Source of the DNA: Candidatus Woykebacteria bacterium | Lineage (GTDB): Bacteria; Patescibacteriota; Microgenomatia; Woykebacterales; RBG-16-39-9b | Reading direction: 5' to 3' | Assembly (NCBI GenBank): GCA_040876265.1 | Contig: JBBDPN010000002.1 | Span: forward strand, 100,818 to 164,817 | DNA length: 64,000 nt | Notes under the pieces: generated by a model | Database searches by the model: none | Seen by the model: only the letters and a program-made list of their open reading frames with translations | Told to the model about the DNA's origin: nothing | Program-made: the position numbers and the translations under genes | Part shown: positions 1-9,160 of the stretch, piece after piece | Layout: every line of letters starts with the position of its first letter | How positions within the stretch are numbered: position 1 is the first letter of the stretch

Positions 1-248
1 ATGGAGCTACCAACTACCTCTGCGCTACCGTCGCTAACAGCTTTTCCTCCTTGGACGACTCCCGCTACTGACCCAGAAACTATATCGGCAGCTGTTTGGA
101 TAGAAGCCTGGGTTACTTCTCCAGCACCTCTGATGGTGTCAACTACCAATTGTTTGGTGTTGTCGCGCACAGAAGCCACTATATCTGCCGAACCAGAAAT
201 GACTTCGGTGATGGAGCTTTTTGCTTTTTCACCAATTTCACTAAGCAT
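1..248 (-). CDS. hypothetical protein, 5' part only (CDS runs off window start); begins MLSEIGEKAKSSITEVISGSADIVASVRDN...
   Basis: ATG at 246-248 (minus) preceded by GGAGGTG RBS (rc of 256-262); open reading frame continues to window edge; not in ORF track because truncated. Confidence 0.45.
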   Translation of the reverse strand, partial: MLSEIGEKAKSSITEVISGSADIVASVRDNTKQLVVDTIRGAGEVTQASIQTAADIVSGSVAGVVQGGKAVSDGSAEVVGSS

Positions 249-320
249 TTAGTTCACCTCCTCTCACAGAAGTTTCATTATATCACGTCCCTTTTTGTAC
301 AATAGTATGGTTTCGATGGT

Positions 321-1220
321 TTAGACAACTCCGAAACGTTTCAGGAATTCTTCCAGGATCAGTCCTGATTGGATCATTTTTTGCGCGTTTTCGGTTCCTA
401 TGTAGCGCCAGTGCCAAGGCTCGTAAATGTAACCGGTGGTTTTTTCTTTTCCTTCCGGGTAAGAAAGAACCCAACCAAATTTATAAGCGTTTGCAAAAAG
501 CCATTTCCCCTCGCGACTAGTATCAAATTTTTCCGCTAAGCCCAAGTTTACAGACTCGGCGGTAAAATCTACCGCCGTACCAAGTTGATGCTGCGAGTAC
601 CCCGCCCGCGCCGAAAAAGTCTCGGCCGTAGTAAATCCAGCTGAGCCTACCCAAGAGGAAAAGGTCGCTTCTTGGTTCCAGTAGGAACGGTACGCAGAAA
701 GGACCATCAAGTTTACGTCTCTCTTTTTCGCCGCTTTCGCCATTTCACTCAAAGTTTTGGCTGCTTCGGACCGTAACATCATACCCGGGTGAGTTGTTTC
801 AACTAGACCGTCGATACTAACTAAATCAGCTGGCTCGTAGGTTTCCGGTAGTCGGATATTTTTATTGATCAAAACTAATAAATTGTCCCCTTCGTCCGTG
901 ACAATTACACCAGCAGAAATCTCTGATGATTTTTTGGCCGACACAGAGGCAGTAATAGTCGTTTCCTTTGGGATTTTTATAGAAATTCCTTGAGTTTTTC
1001 GGCCGTCAACCACTGGTGCCGACGGGGACTCTTGCTGTTTATTTATCTGAACCAGAGCAACCACAGCAACAACGAGTATCAGTACAGGATAAAGGAAAAA
1101 CCTCGGGTTAATTTTCACTGGTTCATAATAAGTTGGGGTGGCTGTTTTGTCTAGACCACGAAGTGGTTTAAAGTTGGGCGGCGGCCGAGCCGACGGCTTC
1201 GGACCAAGTGGGATAGGCAA
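321..1220 (-). CDS. D-alanyl-D-alanine carboxypeptidase, VanY/peptidase M15B family, N-terminal TM anchor
   Basis: C-terminal motifs HQLGTAVDF ... YEPWHWRYIG typical of VanY-like LD/DD-carboxypeptidases; start uncertain (ORF overlaps upstream gene end by ~50 nt, internal GTG/TTG start likely). Confidence 0.7.
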   Translation of the reverse strand: MPIPLGPKPSARPPPNFKPLRGLDKTATPTYYEPVKINPRFFLYPVLILVVAVVALVQINKQQESPSAPVVDGRKTQGISIKIPKETTITASVSAKKSSEISAGVIVTDEGDNLLVLINKNIRLPETYEPADLVSIDGLVETTHPGMMLRSEAAKTLSEMAKAAKKRDVNLMVLSAYRSYWNQEATFSSWVGSAGFTTAETFSARAGYSQHQLGTAVDFTAESVNLGLAEKFDTSREGKWLFANAYKFGWVLSYPEGKEKTTGYIYEPWHWRYIGTENAQKMIQSGLILEEFLKRFGVV

Positions 1221-2532
1221 ATATCGCCCGGCCGAGGGCGTCGGCAGAAACGTTCCCAGCCATAGCCACTACAATTTGGTGGACCAGCTCACCGGCTTCT
1301 GGACCAACAATAAAGCCGCCCAGGATCTGGTTTTTCTCATCAACGAGCAGCTTGACGAAACCATCGTATTCAGCTTGAGTACTGGCCTTCCCCAGATTTT
1401 TAAATTCAAAAATGCTTTTTTCGTATTTTATCTCCTTTTCTCTCAACATGCGCTCTGTCATACCGACTCCGGCAATCTCCGGATCAGAAAAAGCAACCCA
1501 AGGTACCACTCGGTAATTTACTTTCTGCGGTTCCTTTGTCGTCAAAGCATTGTAGGTCGCGTAAACTGCTTGGTACGTAGCCATGTGGGTGAACTGCATG
1601 ACCCCGGTGATATCACCGGCGGCGTAGATATTACTTATACTCGTTTTGAGCGTGTCGTCCACAACAATTCCCTTTTTGGTTGTTTCGACACGAGCCGCCT
1701 CTATATTTAGTCCGTCAAAATCTGGCCTTCTACCAGTCGCCATCATCACTTCCTCGGCTGAAAATTCCTTGGTTTTTCCGCTTCCTATATCAACCACTAC
1801 TTTCTTTGTCTCGCCTACCTTTTCAAACTTGAGCACTTTAGCGTTTACGTGAAATTTAATTCCTTGCTTAGCCAAAAATTTCCCCAGAGTCTCAGCAGTT
1901 TCTTGGTCTGCGGCGGGGATGATATGAGGTGCGGCTTCAAAAACAGTCACATCAACGTCAAATCTAGAAAAAATCTGAGCAAATTCTATGCCGACGGCGC
2001 CACCACCCACTATCATTATCGACTTTGGTAGCTCCGGGAGATCAACGGCTTCGTTTGAAGTAATGTAACCAACTTTATCCAAACCTTCGATCGGAAAAAC
2101 TGCCGGTTGGGAACCAGCGGTGATGATGATTTTTTTGGCTTTAAGGGAGGTGTCTTTAACCTTAACTTCTGTTGGCGAGACAAAACTGGTTTGACCCCAG
2201 AAGAGATCCACGCCTTGGGATTTGAGCGTTGCTTCACTTTCATATTTGCCTCTTTCAGCAACCACTTTGTCTTTCCAAGCTTGGATTTTCTTCCAATCAA
2301 AGGAAATGTTTTCAGCCGTAATTCCGTATTTTTCTGCTTGCTGGAACTGTTTGTAAAGTTTGGCGCTGTGAAGCAGAGCTTTGGTGGGAATACAGGCGCG
2401 GTTTGGGCAATCCCCACCCAGTTTCCATTTCTCAGTGATCGCTGTCTTTGCGCCCATAGCTGCTGCTTGAGCAGCCGCGACCATCCCAGCACTTCCCGCA
2501 CCGATCACTAAACAATCATATTCTTTGGGCAT
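1168..2532 (-). CDS. pyridine nucleotide-disulfide oxidoreductase (dihydrolipoyl dehydrogenase-like, class I)
   Basis: N-terminal FAD fold DCLVIGAGSAG, redox-active GGDCPNRACIPTKAL disulfide motif, second NAD Rossmann (IVGGGAVGIE), dimerisation domain. Confidence 0.75.
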   Translation of the reverse strand: MPKEYDCLVIGAGSAGMVAAAQAAAMGAKTAITEKWKLGGDCPNRACIPTKALLHSAKLYKQFQQAEKYGITAENISFDWKKIQAWKDKVVAERGKYESEATLKSQGVDLFWGQTSFVSPTEVKVKDTSLKAKKIIITAGSQPAVFPIEGLDKVGYITSNEAVDLPELPKSIMIVGGGAVGIEFAQIFSRFDVDVTVFEAAPHIIPAADQETAETLGKFLAKQGIKFHVNAKVLKFEKVGETKKVVVDIGSGKTKEFSAEEVMMATGRRPDFDGLNIEAARVETTKKGIVVDDTLKTSISNIYAAGDITGVMQFTHMATYQAVYATYNALTTKEPQKVNYRVVPWVAFSDPEIAGVGMTERMLREKEIKYEKSIFEFKNLGKASTQAEYDGFVKLLVDEKNQILGGFIVGPEAGELVHQIVVAMAGNVSADALGRAIFAYPTWSEAVGSAAAQL

Positions 2533-2565
2533 ATTAACTTTAGGATAACAATCCTCCCAACAAAA

Positions 2566-2596
2566 AACCAGCCCTTTTCAGGCTGGTTTCCTGTCC
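2566..2596 (-). terminator. rho-independent terminator (hairpin GGAAACCAGCC-TGAAAAG-GGCTGGTTT followed by TTTTTT on minus strand)
   Basis: perfect stem-loop plus T-run read on minus strand, downstream of the 2773-3454 minus-strand genes. Confidence 0.55.
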
Positions 2597-2772
2597 CAAG
2601 AAAACCTTTTTTAGCCTTAAATTCTAAGTTTTCAGTTGTAAGCTCTAAAACCTACGACTTACATCTTAGATCTAACCCGAAGATTTGCTTAGGAAGTGAG
2701 GCACCGATCGAAACCGGTGGTGGCAAAAGCCACAATCTCGCCGCTTGGCGGATTCCTCTATCGTGGTTGGTA

Positions 2773-2874
2773 CTAGCCCACAAGCCAGGTTATCAGCATG
2801 GCGCCGCCATAAGCTACGAGCACCAATGCGACCGTAAAGGCTAACGGCTGCCAGTACTTCGGTAGGAACTTCAT
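2773..2874 (-). CDS. possible 33-aa hydrophobic micro-protein MKFLPKYWQPLAFTVALVLVAYGGAMLITWLVG
   Basis: ATG preceded by GAAAGGAGGAC RBS immediately downstream of the 188-aa membrane gene; single predicted TM helix; below ORF-track size cutoff. Confidence 0.35.
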   Translation of the reverse strand: MKFLPKYWQPLAFTVALVLVAYGGAMLITWLVG

Positions 2875-2887
2875 CACGTCCTCCTTT

Positions 2888-3454
2888 CTATCTTAGGTTG
2901 ATCACTAGCTCATTGGGCAAGATCCGTCCGCGTGTCTTGTCGACCAACGGTGTTTGGTCGATGAACCACGCGAAGACGTAGACCGACAGCCCGACCCCAG
3001 CGATAAACGCTTGCCATGAGGGCCCGTCGCTTTCGAGCACCGCGGGAAGCACCGTGACCATCAGGTAGAACATTACACCGGCGATCACCGTATGATACAC
3101 CTCACTCGCGTTGACGGCATCACTCCAGGAGAAGAACCCAGTCCGCAGGTTGTTTACGTGCAGACCCATGAAGAAAGCGTAGCCGACCACGAGAACCGCA
3201 ATGTGCCACCAGATCTCGGTGTAGAAACCGGAGAACTCTCCGTCGGAGACTACAGCCGCGGCGAATCCAGCGTACACTGGAAGGCCGATCGTGTCTCCTA
3301 CCTTGAAGCTCCACCAACGCAAGAAGTAGAGTTTCCGCTCCACATAGATCCGGATGGTCATAATGACCCCGAAATCGATGACGAAGACGAAGAATCCCAC
3401 CAGCGCCGGGTGCCAATCCCATATCGGGAAGAAGCTCCCGAATTGATCGGGCAA
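2888..3454 (-). CDS. hypothetical polytopic membrane protein (GC-rich gene, ~57% GC)
   Basis: several hydrophobic helices, W-rich; no recognisable family; GC content and codon third positions clearly differ from flanking genes; overlapping shadow ORFs on both strands typical of a GC-rich coding region. Confidence 0.55.
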   Translation of the reverse strand: MPDQFGSFFPIWDWHPALVGFFVFVIDFGVIMTIRIYVERKLYFLRWWSFKVGDTIGLPVYAGFAAAVVSDGEFSGFYTEIWWHIAVLVVGYAFFMGLHVNNLRTGFFSWSDAVNASEVYHTVIAGVMFYLMVTVLPAVLESDGPSWQAFIAGVGLSVYVFAWFIDQTPLVDKTRGRILPNELVINLR

Positions 3455-3598
3455 GATAACACCTCCAGTGTGCTAGTAACAGATTTCAATGTGCGAGAGC
3501 ACAACTTTCTTGTACTCAGTTACTCTAATATACTAGACTATGGGTTATTTTGCAAGTTTAGCGGGTTCGAACATGAAGCAAGGTAGGTAAATCTCTTT

Positions 3599-4633
3599 CT
3601 AGGCTAAGGTTTTGGGCTTATCTTCGTAAATATTAGGAAAATTCCACAGCGAAGCGATCGACCCTTTCGTATTCGCCCACGCAAAGCCTAGCCGACTATC
3701 CTTACGCTTCAGCAAAATTTTTAAGTTTACCAAGATCAATGATCGAAATAGGTAAAGCCAGTATTTAAGAAATTTTTCCCTTCGAATTACATAAAGATTA
3801 CTACTTACTCCGTGAGGATATTTCCAAAGGTTGTGAGGCTCATCTGTAAATACATTTATGTCGCTGGTATTCTTCATATGATGATGGACGATACTGTCTG
3901 ATACATAAAATCCCATCATTCCGGCCGACGTAATTCTATTGGAATATTCCAGATCGTCGCCCCATATCTTGAAACTTTTGATGGGGTAACCAACTTGTTC
4001 GATTGTTTTGCGGCCAATTAAAAAAGACACAAAAGAGCATTCTTTTACAATCAGCACGTTTTTATCTTCATACAAATTAAATGGTGTACCGTGCGAAAAA
4101 GTTTCAATTATCGGTAGGTTCATTTTTAAAATTGTATCGTCTTTCCAAAGGCACTTACTTCCCAGAAAGCCTATATTTTCATTTTTGACAAATCGGATCT
4201 TTTCCATGAGTTTTTCTAAAGTATCTGGCCGCGCCATGGTATCATCATCGACAATCCAAAACCAATCGTATCCGCTCTCATAGTCACTTTTAAGAGCGGT
4301 GTGACGCCCACCCCCGGAACCAAGATTCTTGGAATATCCCATGTACTTGAATTTAACCGGTCGTCCTTTTGCATCTTTAATTTCTGTTTCCGCCACCCCG
4401 GGTTCTTGCTGGTTTACTTTTGGCAATTTTGATATGTATTTTTCTTCCAATAGCATCTGGTCCGTGCCGTCTGTGGATCCGTTATTCAAAACTGTGATCG
4501 CCGCTAAAGGGTAGTTTTGTTTGGTGAGAGCGCTCAAACACTGTTTGAGAAGGCTCTTACGGTTCATTGTAACGACGTTGGCGGCGATTTTTGGATAATT
4601 ACTCATAAAAATACCTTCTCTACTTGCTTCCAA
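3599..4633 (-). CDS. glycosyltransferase family 2
   Basis: N-terminal GT-A fold (VVTMNRKSLLKQCLSAL...NNGSTDGT) and DDDT (DXD) motif. Confidence 0.7.
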   Translation of the reverse strand: MEASREGIFMSNYPKIAANVVTMNRKSLLKQCLSALTKQNYPLAAITVLNNGSTDGTDQMLLEEKYISKLPKVNQQEPGVAETEIKDAKGRPVKFKYMGYSKNLGSGGGRHTALKSDYESGYDWFWIVDDDTMARPDTLEKLMEKIRFVKNENIGFLGSKCLWKDDTILKMNLPIIETFSHGTPFNLYEDKNVLIVKECSFVSFLIGRKTIEQVGYPIKSFKIWGDDLEYSNRITSAGMMGFYVSDSIVHHHMKNTSDINVFTDEPHNLWKYPHGVSSNLYVIRREKFLKYWLYLFRSLILVNLKILLKRKDSRLGFAWANTKGSIASLWNFPNIYEDKPKTLA

Positions 4634-5651
4634 ACCTAAGTATCTTTCGGACCGGCCGGCGCCAGATTTCTACTACTTTCATTAATTGGTACTTACTGCT
4701 GTACGGTAAATCAAAAGGGGATTCATAACATTCTTTAGTCGCGCCAAAGGAAAGTTTGAAGCTGGTTACCCCACTCCAAGGGTGTTTCGGATCCTCCGTA
4801 GGTGCGGCTCCCCAAAAGTCAAACTTTTTCAAACCCGCCCTTTTTGCTTGCAAAATCGTGTGCCAAACCAAAGGGTAACTTGCTCTCAGATTTTTCTTTT
4901 CTAAAGAATTGGCGGCGTGCAAATAATAGGCGGTGTCAGCGTAATTTACCACTAAAGCTGCCGACAGAGGCTGCCCGTTACCCTCGGCTATGTAAAGCTT
5001 CATCAAACCCTCTGCCGCTAGAGTCTCATATTGTTTTTTATGGTAATTTTCTTGAGCCGATAAAACTAGTGTTTTCCTATCAGCGGTTTCTTTTAAAAGT
5101 TTCAAAAAAACACCAACTTCACTTTTTTTCCCCTCCCTTACTCTTACCCCTTTCCTCTGCGCGGAGTTAACATTGTAGCGGGTAGAACTACTCATGTTGT
5201 GACGTAACTCTTCTTCGCTTTTTGTTAAATCAATGATAGCGCTGCATTGGGGCTGAGTAAATTCTGGGGCTTCGGTGAAACCGGCTTCGACAAACAGATT
5301 TTTTTCTGTTTCGCTTACCTTTCGTGGATCTACCCGTAGAAACACCCCACCGTGTTTTTTTACCAAATCGCCCACATATTCCAACCATGTCTGGACTTTC
5401 TTTTTATCGAGTCCTTTAAACACAGGACCAGCCGAGCAGTAAAAAAATGACCCCAGCTTAGCTCTTTCTTCGTAAATTTGGGAGATCCCGACTAAATCTT
5501 CTCCATCAAAAATTCCGAGCCGAAATATGTTGAGGCCTAATGCTTTTTGAAACTGCCCCCACGCCCAGGACTGGAGAAATGACGGCTCGGAACTGGCTAA
5601 ATTAAAGACCTCCCAGGTATTTTTGTCGGTTATTTCTTTTATCTGGAACAC
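4620..5651 (-). CDS. FemAB-family peptidoglycan interpeptide-bridge aminoacyltransferase
   Basis: N-terminal FLQSWAWGQF signature of FemABX family; ~340 aa; overlaps downstream GT2 gene by 14 nt (operon). Confidence 0.65.
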   Translation of the reverse strand: MFQIKEITDKNTWEVFNLASSEPSFLQSWAWGQFQKALGLNIFRLGIFDGEDLVGISQIYEERAKLGSFFYCSAGPVFKGLDKKKVQTWLEYVGDLVKKHGGVFLRVDPRKVSETEKNLFVEAGFTEAPEFTQPQCSAIIDLTKSEEELRHNMSSSTRYNVNSAQRKGVRVREGKKSEVGVFLKLLKETADRKTLVLSAQENYHKKQYETLAAEGLMKLYIAEGNGQPLSAALVVNYADTAYYLHAANSLEKKNLRASYPLVWHTILQAKRAGLKKFDFWGAAPTEDPKHPWSGVTSFKLSFGATKECYESPFDLPYSSKYQLMKVVEIWRRPVRKILRFGSK

Positions 5652-5697
5652 GCTGCGTCTAGATTAACAAAAAAGGGATGGTTTGTGTATCTTAAAT

Positions 5698-5961
5698 TTA
5701 TCTTTGGAGATCTTTTTGATTTTTGGGATCAGGCTTCAAACCCATTCGTCGCAGCCACCTACGCACTCTTAAGGGGATACCGCCCCAAGGCGTTATTTCG
5801 CCTTCCCAGTTTTCGAGGGTATGGTGGTCCTTTGCTTCGCCTCCAACCGACTTTGGAGTACGAAAAATAAAAAAGCTACCACCTTCTTTTTTCACCAAAA
5901 AATATTTTTTGCCGAAGGTTTCCCGGACAAATTCCCAGCTAAGTTCCTTCTTTGTTGCCAT
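5698..5961 (-). CDS. hypothetical small basic protein
   Basis: 87-aa ORF, K/R-rich, no family recognised; competing + strand ORFs look compositionally worse. Confidence 0.3.
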   Translation of the reverse strand: MATKKELSWEFVRETFGKKYFLVKKEGGSFFIFRTPKSVGGEAKDHHTLENWEGEITPWGGIPLRVRRWLRRMGLKPDPKNQKDLQR

Positions 5962-6244
5962 GACAAAACAATTGTACCCTAAGGGTCAATAAATTCTAGT
6001 ATCACCAAGTAACAGACGAGTAAAATAAGCAATCGAATCTTGTCAGGACGTAACCTGCTATAATTTTGGAAAATAAACCTAATTAAGAAGCTGCCGATTT
6101 ATCTAAATAGTGGATCGACTCTGGCTACAATATCGTAATTATGATAAAAAACCGTACATTACTTTTTGGAGATAATCTCGATATACTCCGCGAGAAATTC
6201 CCAAATAATAAAGAAGGTTACTTTAAATTTAGTAGTAAGGGTAG

Positions 6245-6571
6245 TCAGAACTGGGCGGTGTCGGTGTCGTTGGCGTCTAGATCAGTTTCGAGCTCATCAA
6301 CATTCGTATTATTTAGTTCGTTTTCCAGCTTCTGTAGATCAGCGTCGGTTTTTATTTCGGCAGACCCCGTAGATTGGGTCGTAGTCGTAACAGTTGGGGT
6401 TTGGTTTGTAGTGTTAAAAGATACTAGGGCGAACCAAACAGAGGCAGCCACTACCGAGACAACCAGAATTACAATTATTCCGATAACCATATTTTTACTT
6501 CGCGCGCTGGGCGCTGGCGAAATAGACGGTGTCGGTGTATTTGATTGTTGTGGTTTTACTTCTAAAGCCAT
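6245..6571 (-). CDS. hypothetical membrane-anchored protein with Thr-rich linker and acidic C-terminus
   Basis: P/S-rich N-terminus, one TM helix, TVTTTTQST stretch; 4 nt downstream of preceding gene (operon). Confidence 0.45.
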   Translation of the reverse strand: MALEVKPQQSNTPTPSISPAPSARSKNMVIGIIVILVVSVVAASVWFALVSFNTTNQTPTVTTTTQSTGSAEIKTDADLQKLENELNNTNVDELETDLDANDTDTAQF

Positions 6572-6574
6572 AGT

Positions 6575-7225
6575 TTATTGATTTGCACTGCTAGTGGCTT
6601 CCTTTTCCGCGGCTGCTTTAGCGGTCCTGACAGCAACAATAAGATCTACAACTGATTTCCGATGCGCCTTTAAAGCGGCCAAAACTCCCTTCATATCGTC
6701 CCGAAACAAAGCTAAAACTCCTTTGGGAGTATCGCCGCTACAATCAAACTCAGCAATTGCTGCTTTTGCATCCGCCAAAGCTGTATCAACGGCGGCACTT
6801 TTTGCAGCAATATCAGCTACCAGTGCATCGTAACCTTCCACCGTTACTCCAGCAGGTACTAGCTTGTCCGTATAATAATTTTCGACTCTACCGGCGATAT
6901 TATCAAAACGGTTAGTCATATTTTGAGCTCTGGTAGTGAGGCGGTTCGATCTCCCTGTAATCCGAGATTCAACTCTCTCACAAAGTTTCTCTTTTCTGGC
7001 TTCCAATTTCTCCTCAAATTTTTCCCTAAGTTTCTCGACTCTATCGTGGATCTTATGCCTTATTTCGTCTCTTTTTGTAGCCGAGGAGGTCGCTTCGTCT
7101 TCTTCGTGAAGTACTCTAGATCTTTCAAAGATAAACCTGGCGGAGACGTTTGTTGCGAACACAAAGGAAAAAATCAAAAAGGAACTAAGAAATACCGTAA
7201 GAAATTTAGCAAGACCGCTTTTCAT
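6575..7225 (-). CDS. secreted coiled-coil protein (signal peptide plus helical repeats)
   Basis: N-terminal signal peptide MKSGLAKFLTVFLSSFLIFSFVFA, long charged helical region, Ala-rich C-terminus. Confidence 0.5.
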   Translation of the reverse strand: MKSGLAKFLTVFLSSFLIFSFVFATNVSARFIFERSRVLHEEDEATSSATKRDEIRHKIHDRVEKLREKFEEKLEARKEKLCERVESRITGRSNRLTTRAQNMTNRFDNIAGRVENYYTDKLVPAGVTVEGYDALVADIAAKSAAVDTALADAKAAIAEFDCSGDTPKGVLALFRDDMKGVLAALKAHRKSVVDLIVAVRTAKAAAEKEATSSANQ

Positions 7226-7322
7226 GGATTACTTAAACTATATCAACCTAGCTGGAAACCTGTCAAGAAACCTATCGTTTATTTCCTTGACGCTGGCAAC
7301 TTAACCGCTTAAAATCGCTCCT

Positions 7323-8306
7323 ATGGCCCGTTTTTTCTTCTCTCTCGAGCACGAACAATTTCAACCCGAAAAAATAGTTGGTCTGGCAAAATTGGTAGAA
7401 GAGGCTGGATTTGATGGCATCGCTGTTTCTGAACATTTCCACCCTTGGGTGGATGATATTGGCGCTGGTGGCTTTGCTTTTTCGACTCTTGGCGCAATAG
7501 CGGCTGTTACCAAGAAAGTCCGGCTAATGACTAATGTTGTCTCGCCCCTTTTCCGTTACCACCCGGCCATTGTCGCTCAAGCGGCTGCTACTATTGATAG
7601 GCTCTCTAGTGGTCGTTTCGAGCTTGGTGTTGGGACTGGTTGGAGCTTGAACGAAAGCCCGCTTGGCTACAAATTCCCCAATTATAAAGAGCGGGCTGAA
7701 AGAATGAGAGAAGCCTTAGAAATCATGCGTCGCCTGCTGGATGGAGAAAAGCTTACTTACACTGGTAAATATTACAAGACTGATCGAGCTAAACTTTATT
7801 CGCCGCCAAACAGAAAAATCCCAATTTATATGGCTGCGGCTGGACCAAAATCGGCGGCTCTTGCCGGCCAAAAAACAGATGGTGTCATCGTTAGTGTCAA
7901 AAACCCGGCTGAAAGCCTACAGAAAGTAATTGAGCCAGCAAAAAAAGCGGCTACCAGTGCCGGAAGGACCAATCCGAAAATTATTGCTTCTCGATGGACT
8001 ATCATTGCCAGGGATTATGACGAGGCCTGGAAAGCGATACAGCCTTGGCGGGGTTTGAGAGTTCCTGGAAGAGACAAAGCAGTTGATCCGCAAGACCTTC
8101 GTATGGAAGCAGACATGCTCGGTCCAAAAGAACTATTAAAAAATTTTACACTTGTACAGGACCAAAAGGAACTAACAGAAGTTTACTCTACTCTTATCGA
8201 AGAGCTCGGCGCAGATACTGTGGTAACCAGTATCGCTTCAACCAATCCGGAAAGTATAATTAAGATGGTCGCGAAACAAGTCTTGCCCACTCTTAAAAAA
8301 TTATGA
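7323..8306 (+). CDS. LLM-class F420-dependent oxidoreductase, F420-dependent glucose-6-phosphate dehydrogenase (FGD) family
   Basis: closely follows FGD signature: ...SEHFHPW...(V)SPLFRYHPAIVAQAAATIDRLSSGRFELGVGTGWSLNE (cf. FGD TPTFRYNPAVIAQAFATM...FLGVGTGEALNE). Confidence 0.7.
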   Translation: MARFFFSLEHEQFQPEKIVGLAKLVEEAGFDGIAVSEHFHPWVDDIGAGGFAFSTLGAIAAVTKKVRLMTNVVSPLFRYHPAIVAQAAATIDRLSSGRFELGVGTGWSLNESPLGYKFPNYKERAERMREALEIMRRLLDGEKLTYTGKYYKTDRAKLYSPPNRKIPIYMAAAGPKSAALAGQKTDGVIVSVKNPAESLQKVIEPAKKAATSAGRTNPKIIASRWTIIARDYDEAWKAIQPWRGLRVPGRDKAVDPQDLRMEADMLGPKELLKNFTLVQDQKELTEVYSTLIEELGADTVVTSIASTNPESIIKMVAKQVLPTLKKL

Positions 8307-9160
8307 AAGTAGGAATTGTAATAGCCGGTTACGATTGGCCAAATATCGGTCCAACGCTAGAAAAAATCGCTAAAACCAGCGAAGAGGTTGGCTTTGATAG
8401 CGTTTGGGTGGTGGATCATTTCTTTGGCATGGGCGACGCCACCGAACCCATGCTTGAATCTTACACAAATCTTGGCTTCATCGCTGCAGTAACAAAAAAG
8501 GTAACAATAGGTGCGATGGTAGCCGGAGTGATTTACCGTTACCCCGCTCTTTTGGTGAAGGCCGCCACAACTCTTGACGTAATTTCCGGTGGCCGCGCGT
8601 ATTTTGGCATAGGGGCAGCTTGGTACGAACGGGAGGCGGTAGGCCTTGGTTTTCCATTTCCGCCGGTAAAGGAACGGTTTGAACGTCTGGAAGAGACACT
8701 GCAGATCGCGAAGCAAATGTGGTCCGGTGAAACTAAAGCATTCAGAGGTAAACACTATCAACTGGAGGAAACAATTAATTCACCCCAGCCTATATCTAAG
8801 CCTCATCCACCCATAATTATCGGTGGTGGTGGCGAGAAAAAAACATTGCGCCTGGTGGCAAAATATGGCGATGCTTGTAATTTATTTGTGAAAGGTGGTT
8901 TAAACCAAGTAGCTCACAAACTCGATGTGTTAAAAGATCATTGCCAGGATGTCGGCAGGAATTACGAAGAAATTGAAAAAACCGCTTACGCTGGCAGGGA
9001 CGTTACTTCCAATCTAGCACCTTCCCGGTTGGTAGACATGTGTAAATCCCTGGCAAAAATGGGAATAGTGCACACAATATTTGCAATAACAGATATTGAT
9101 AAAATCGCACCATTAGAAACCTTCGGAAAAGAAATTATTCCTGCTGTGAAAGAGTTTTAA
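8303..9160 (+). CDS. LLM-class F420-dependent oxidoreductase (luciferase-like monooxygenase family)
   Basis: VVDHFFGMGDA...YRYPALLVKAATTLDVISGGRAYFGIGAAW...IGGGGEKKTLRLVAKYGDACN pattern of TIGR03560-type LLM proteins; start overlaps previous gene stop (ATGA). Confidence 0.65.
   Translation: MKVGIVIAGYDWPNIGPTLEKIAKTSEEVGFDSVWVVDHFFGMGDATEPMLESYTNLGFIAAVTKKVTIGAMVAGVIYRYPALLVKAATTLDVISGGRAYFGIGAAWYEREAVGLGFPFPPVKERFERLEETLQIAKQMWSGETKAFRGKHYQLEETINSPQPISKPHPPIIIGGGGEKKTLRLVAKYGDACNLFVKGGLNQVAHKLDVLKDHCQDVGRNYEEIEKTAYAGRDVTSNLAPSRLVDMCKSLAKMGIVHTIFAITDIDKIAPLETFGKEIIPAVKEF

Noticed and set aside
1138-2511. + strand ORFs 1138-1710, 1646-1852, 1849-2031, 2107-2511 and - strand 2016-2501
   Set aside because: Nested in or out of frame with the 454-aa oxidoreductase gene, which has unambiguous FAD/NAD motifs
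3092-3586. Two overlapping ORFs (3092-3586 +, 3120-3422 -) rich in Arg/Gly/Pro
   Set aside because: Shadow frames of the GC-rich 2888-3454 membrane gene; composition typical of off-frame translation of high-GC DNA
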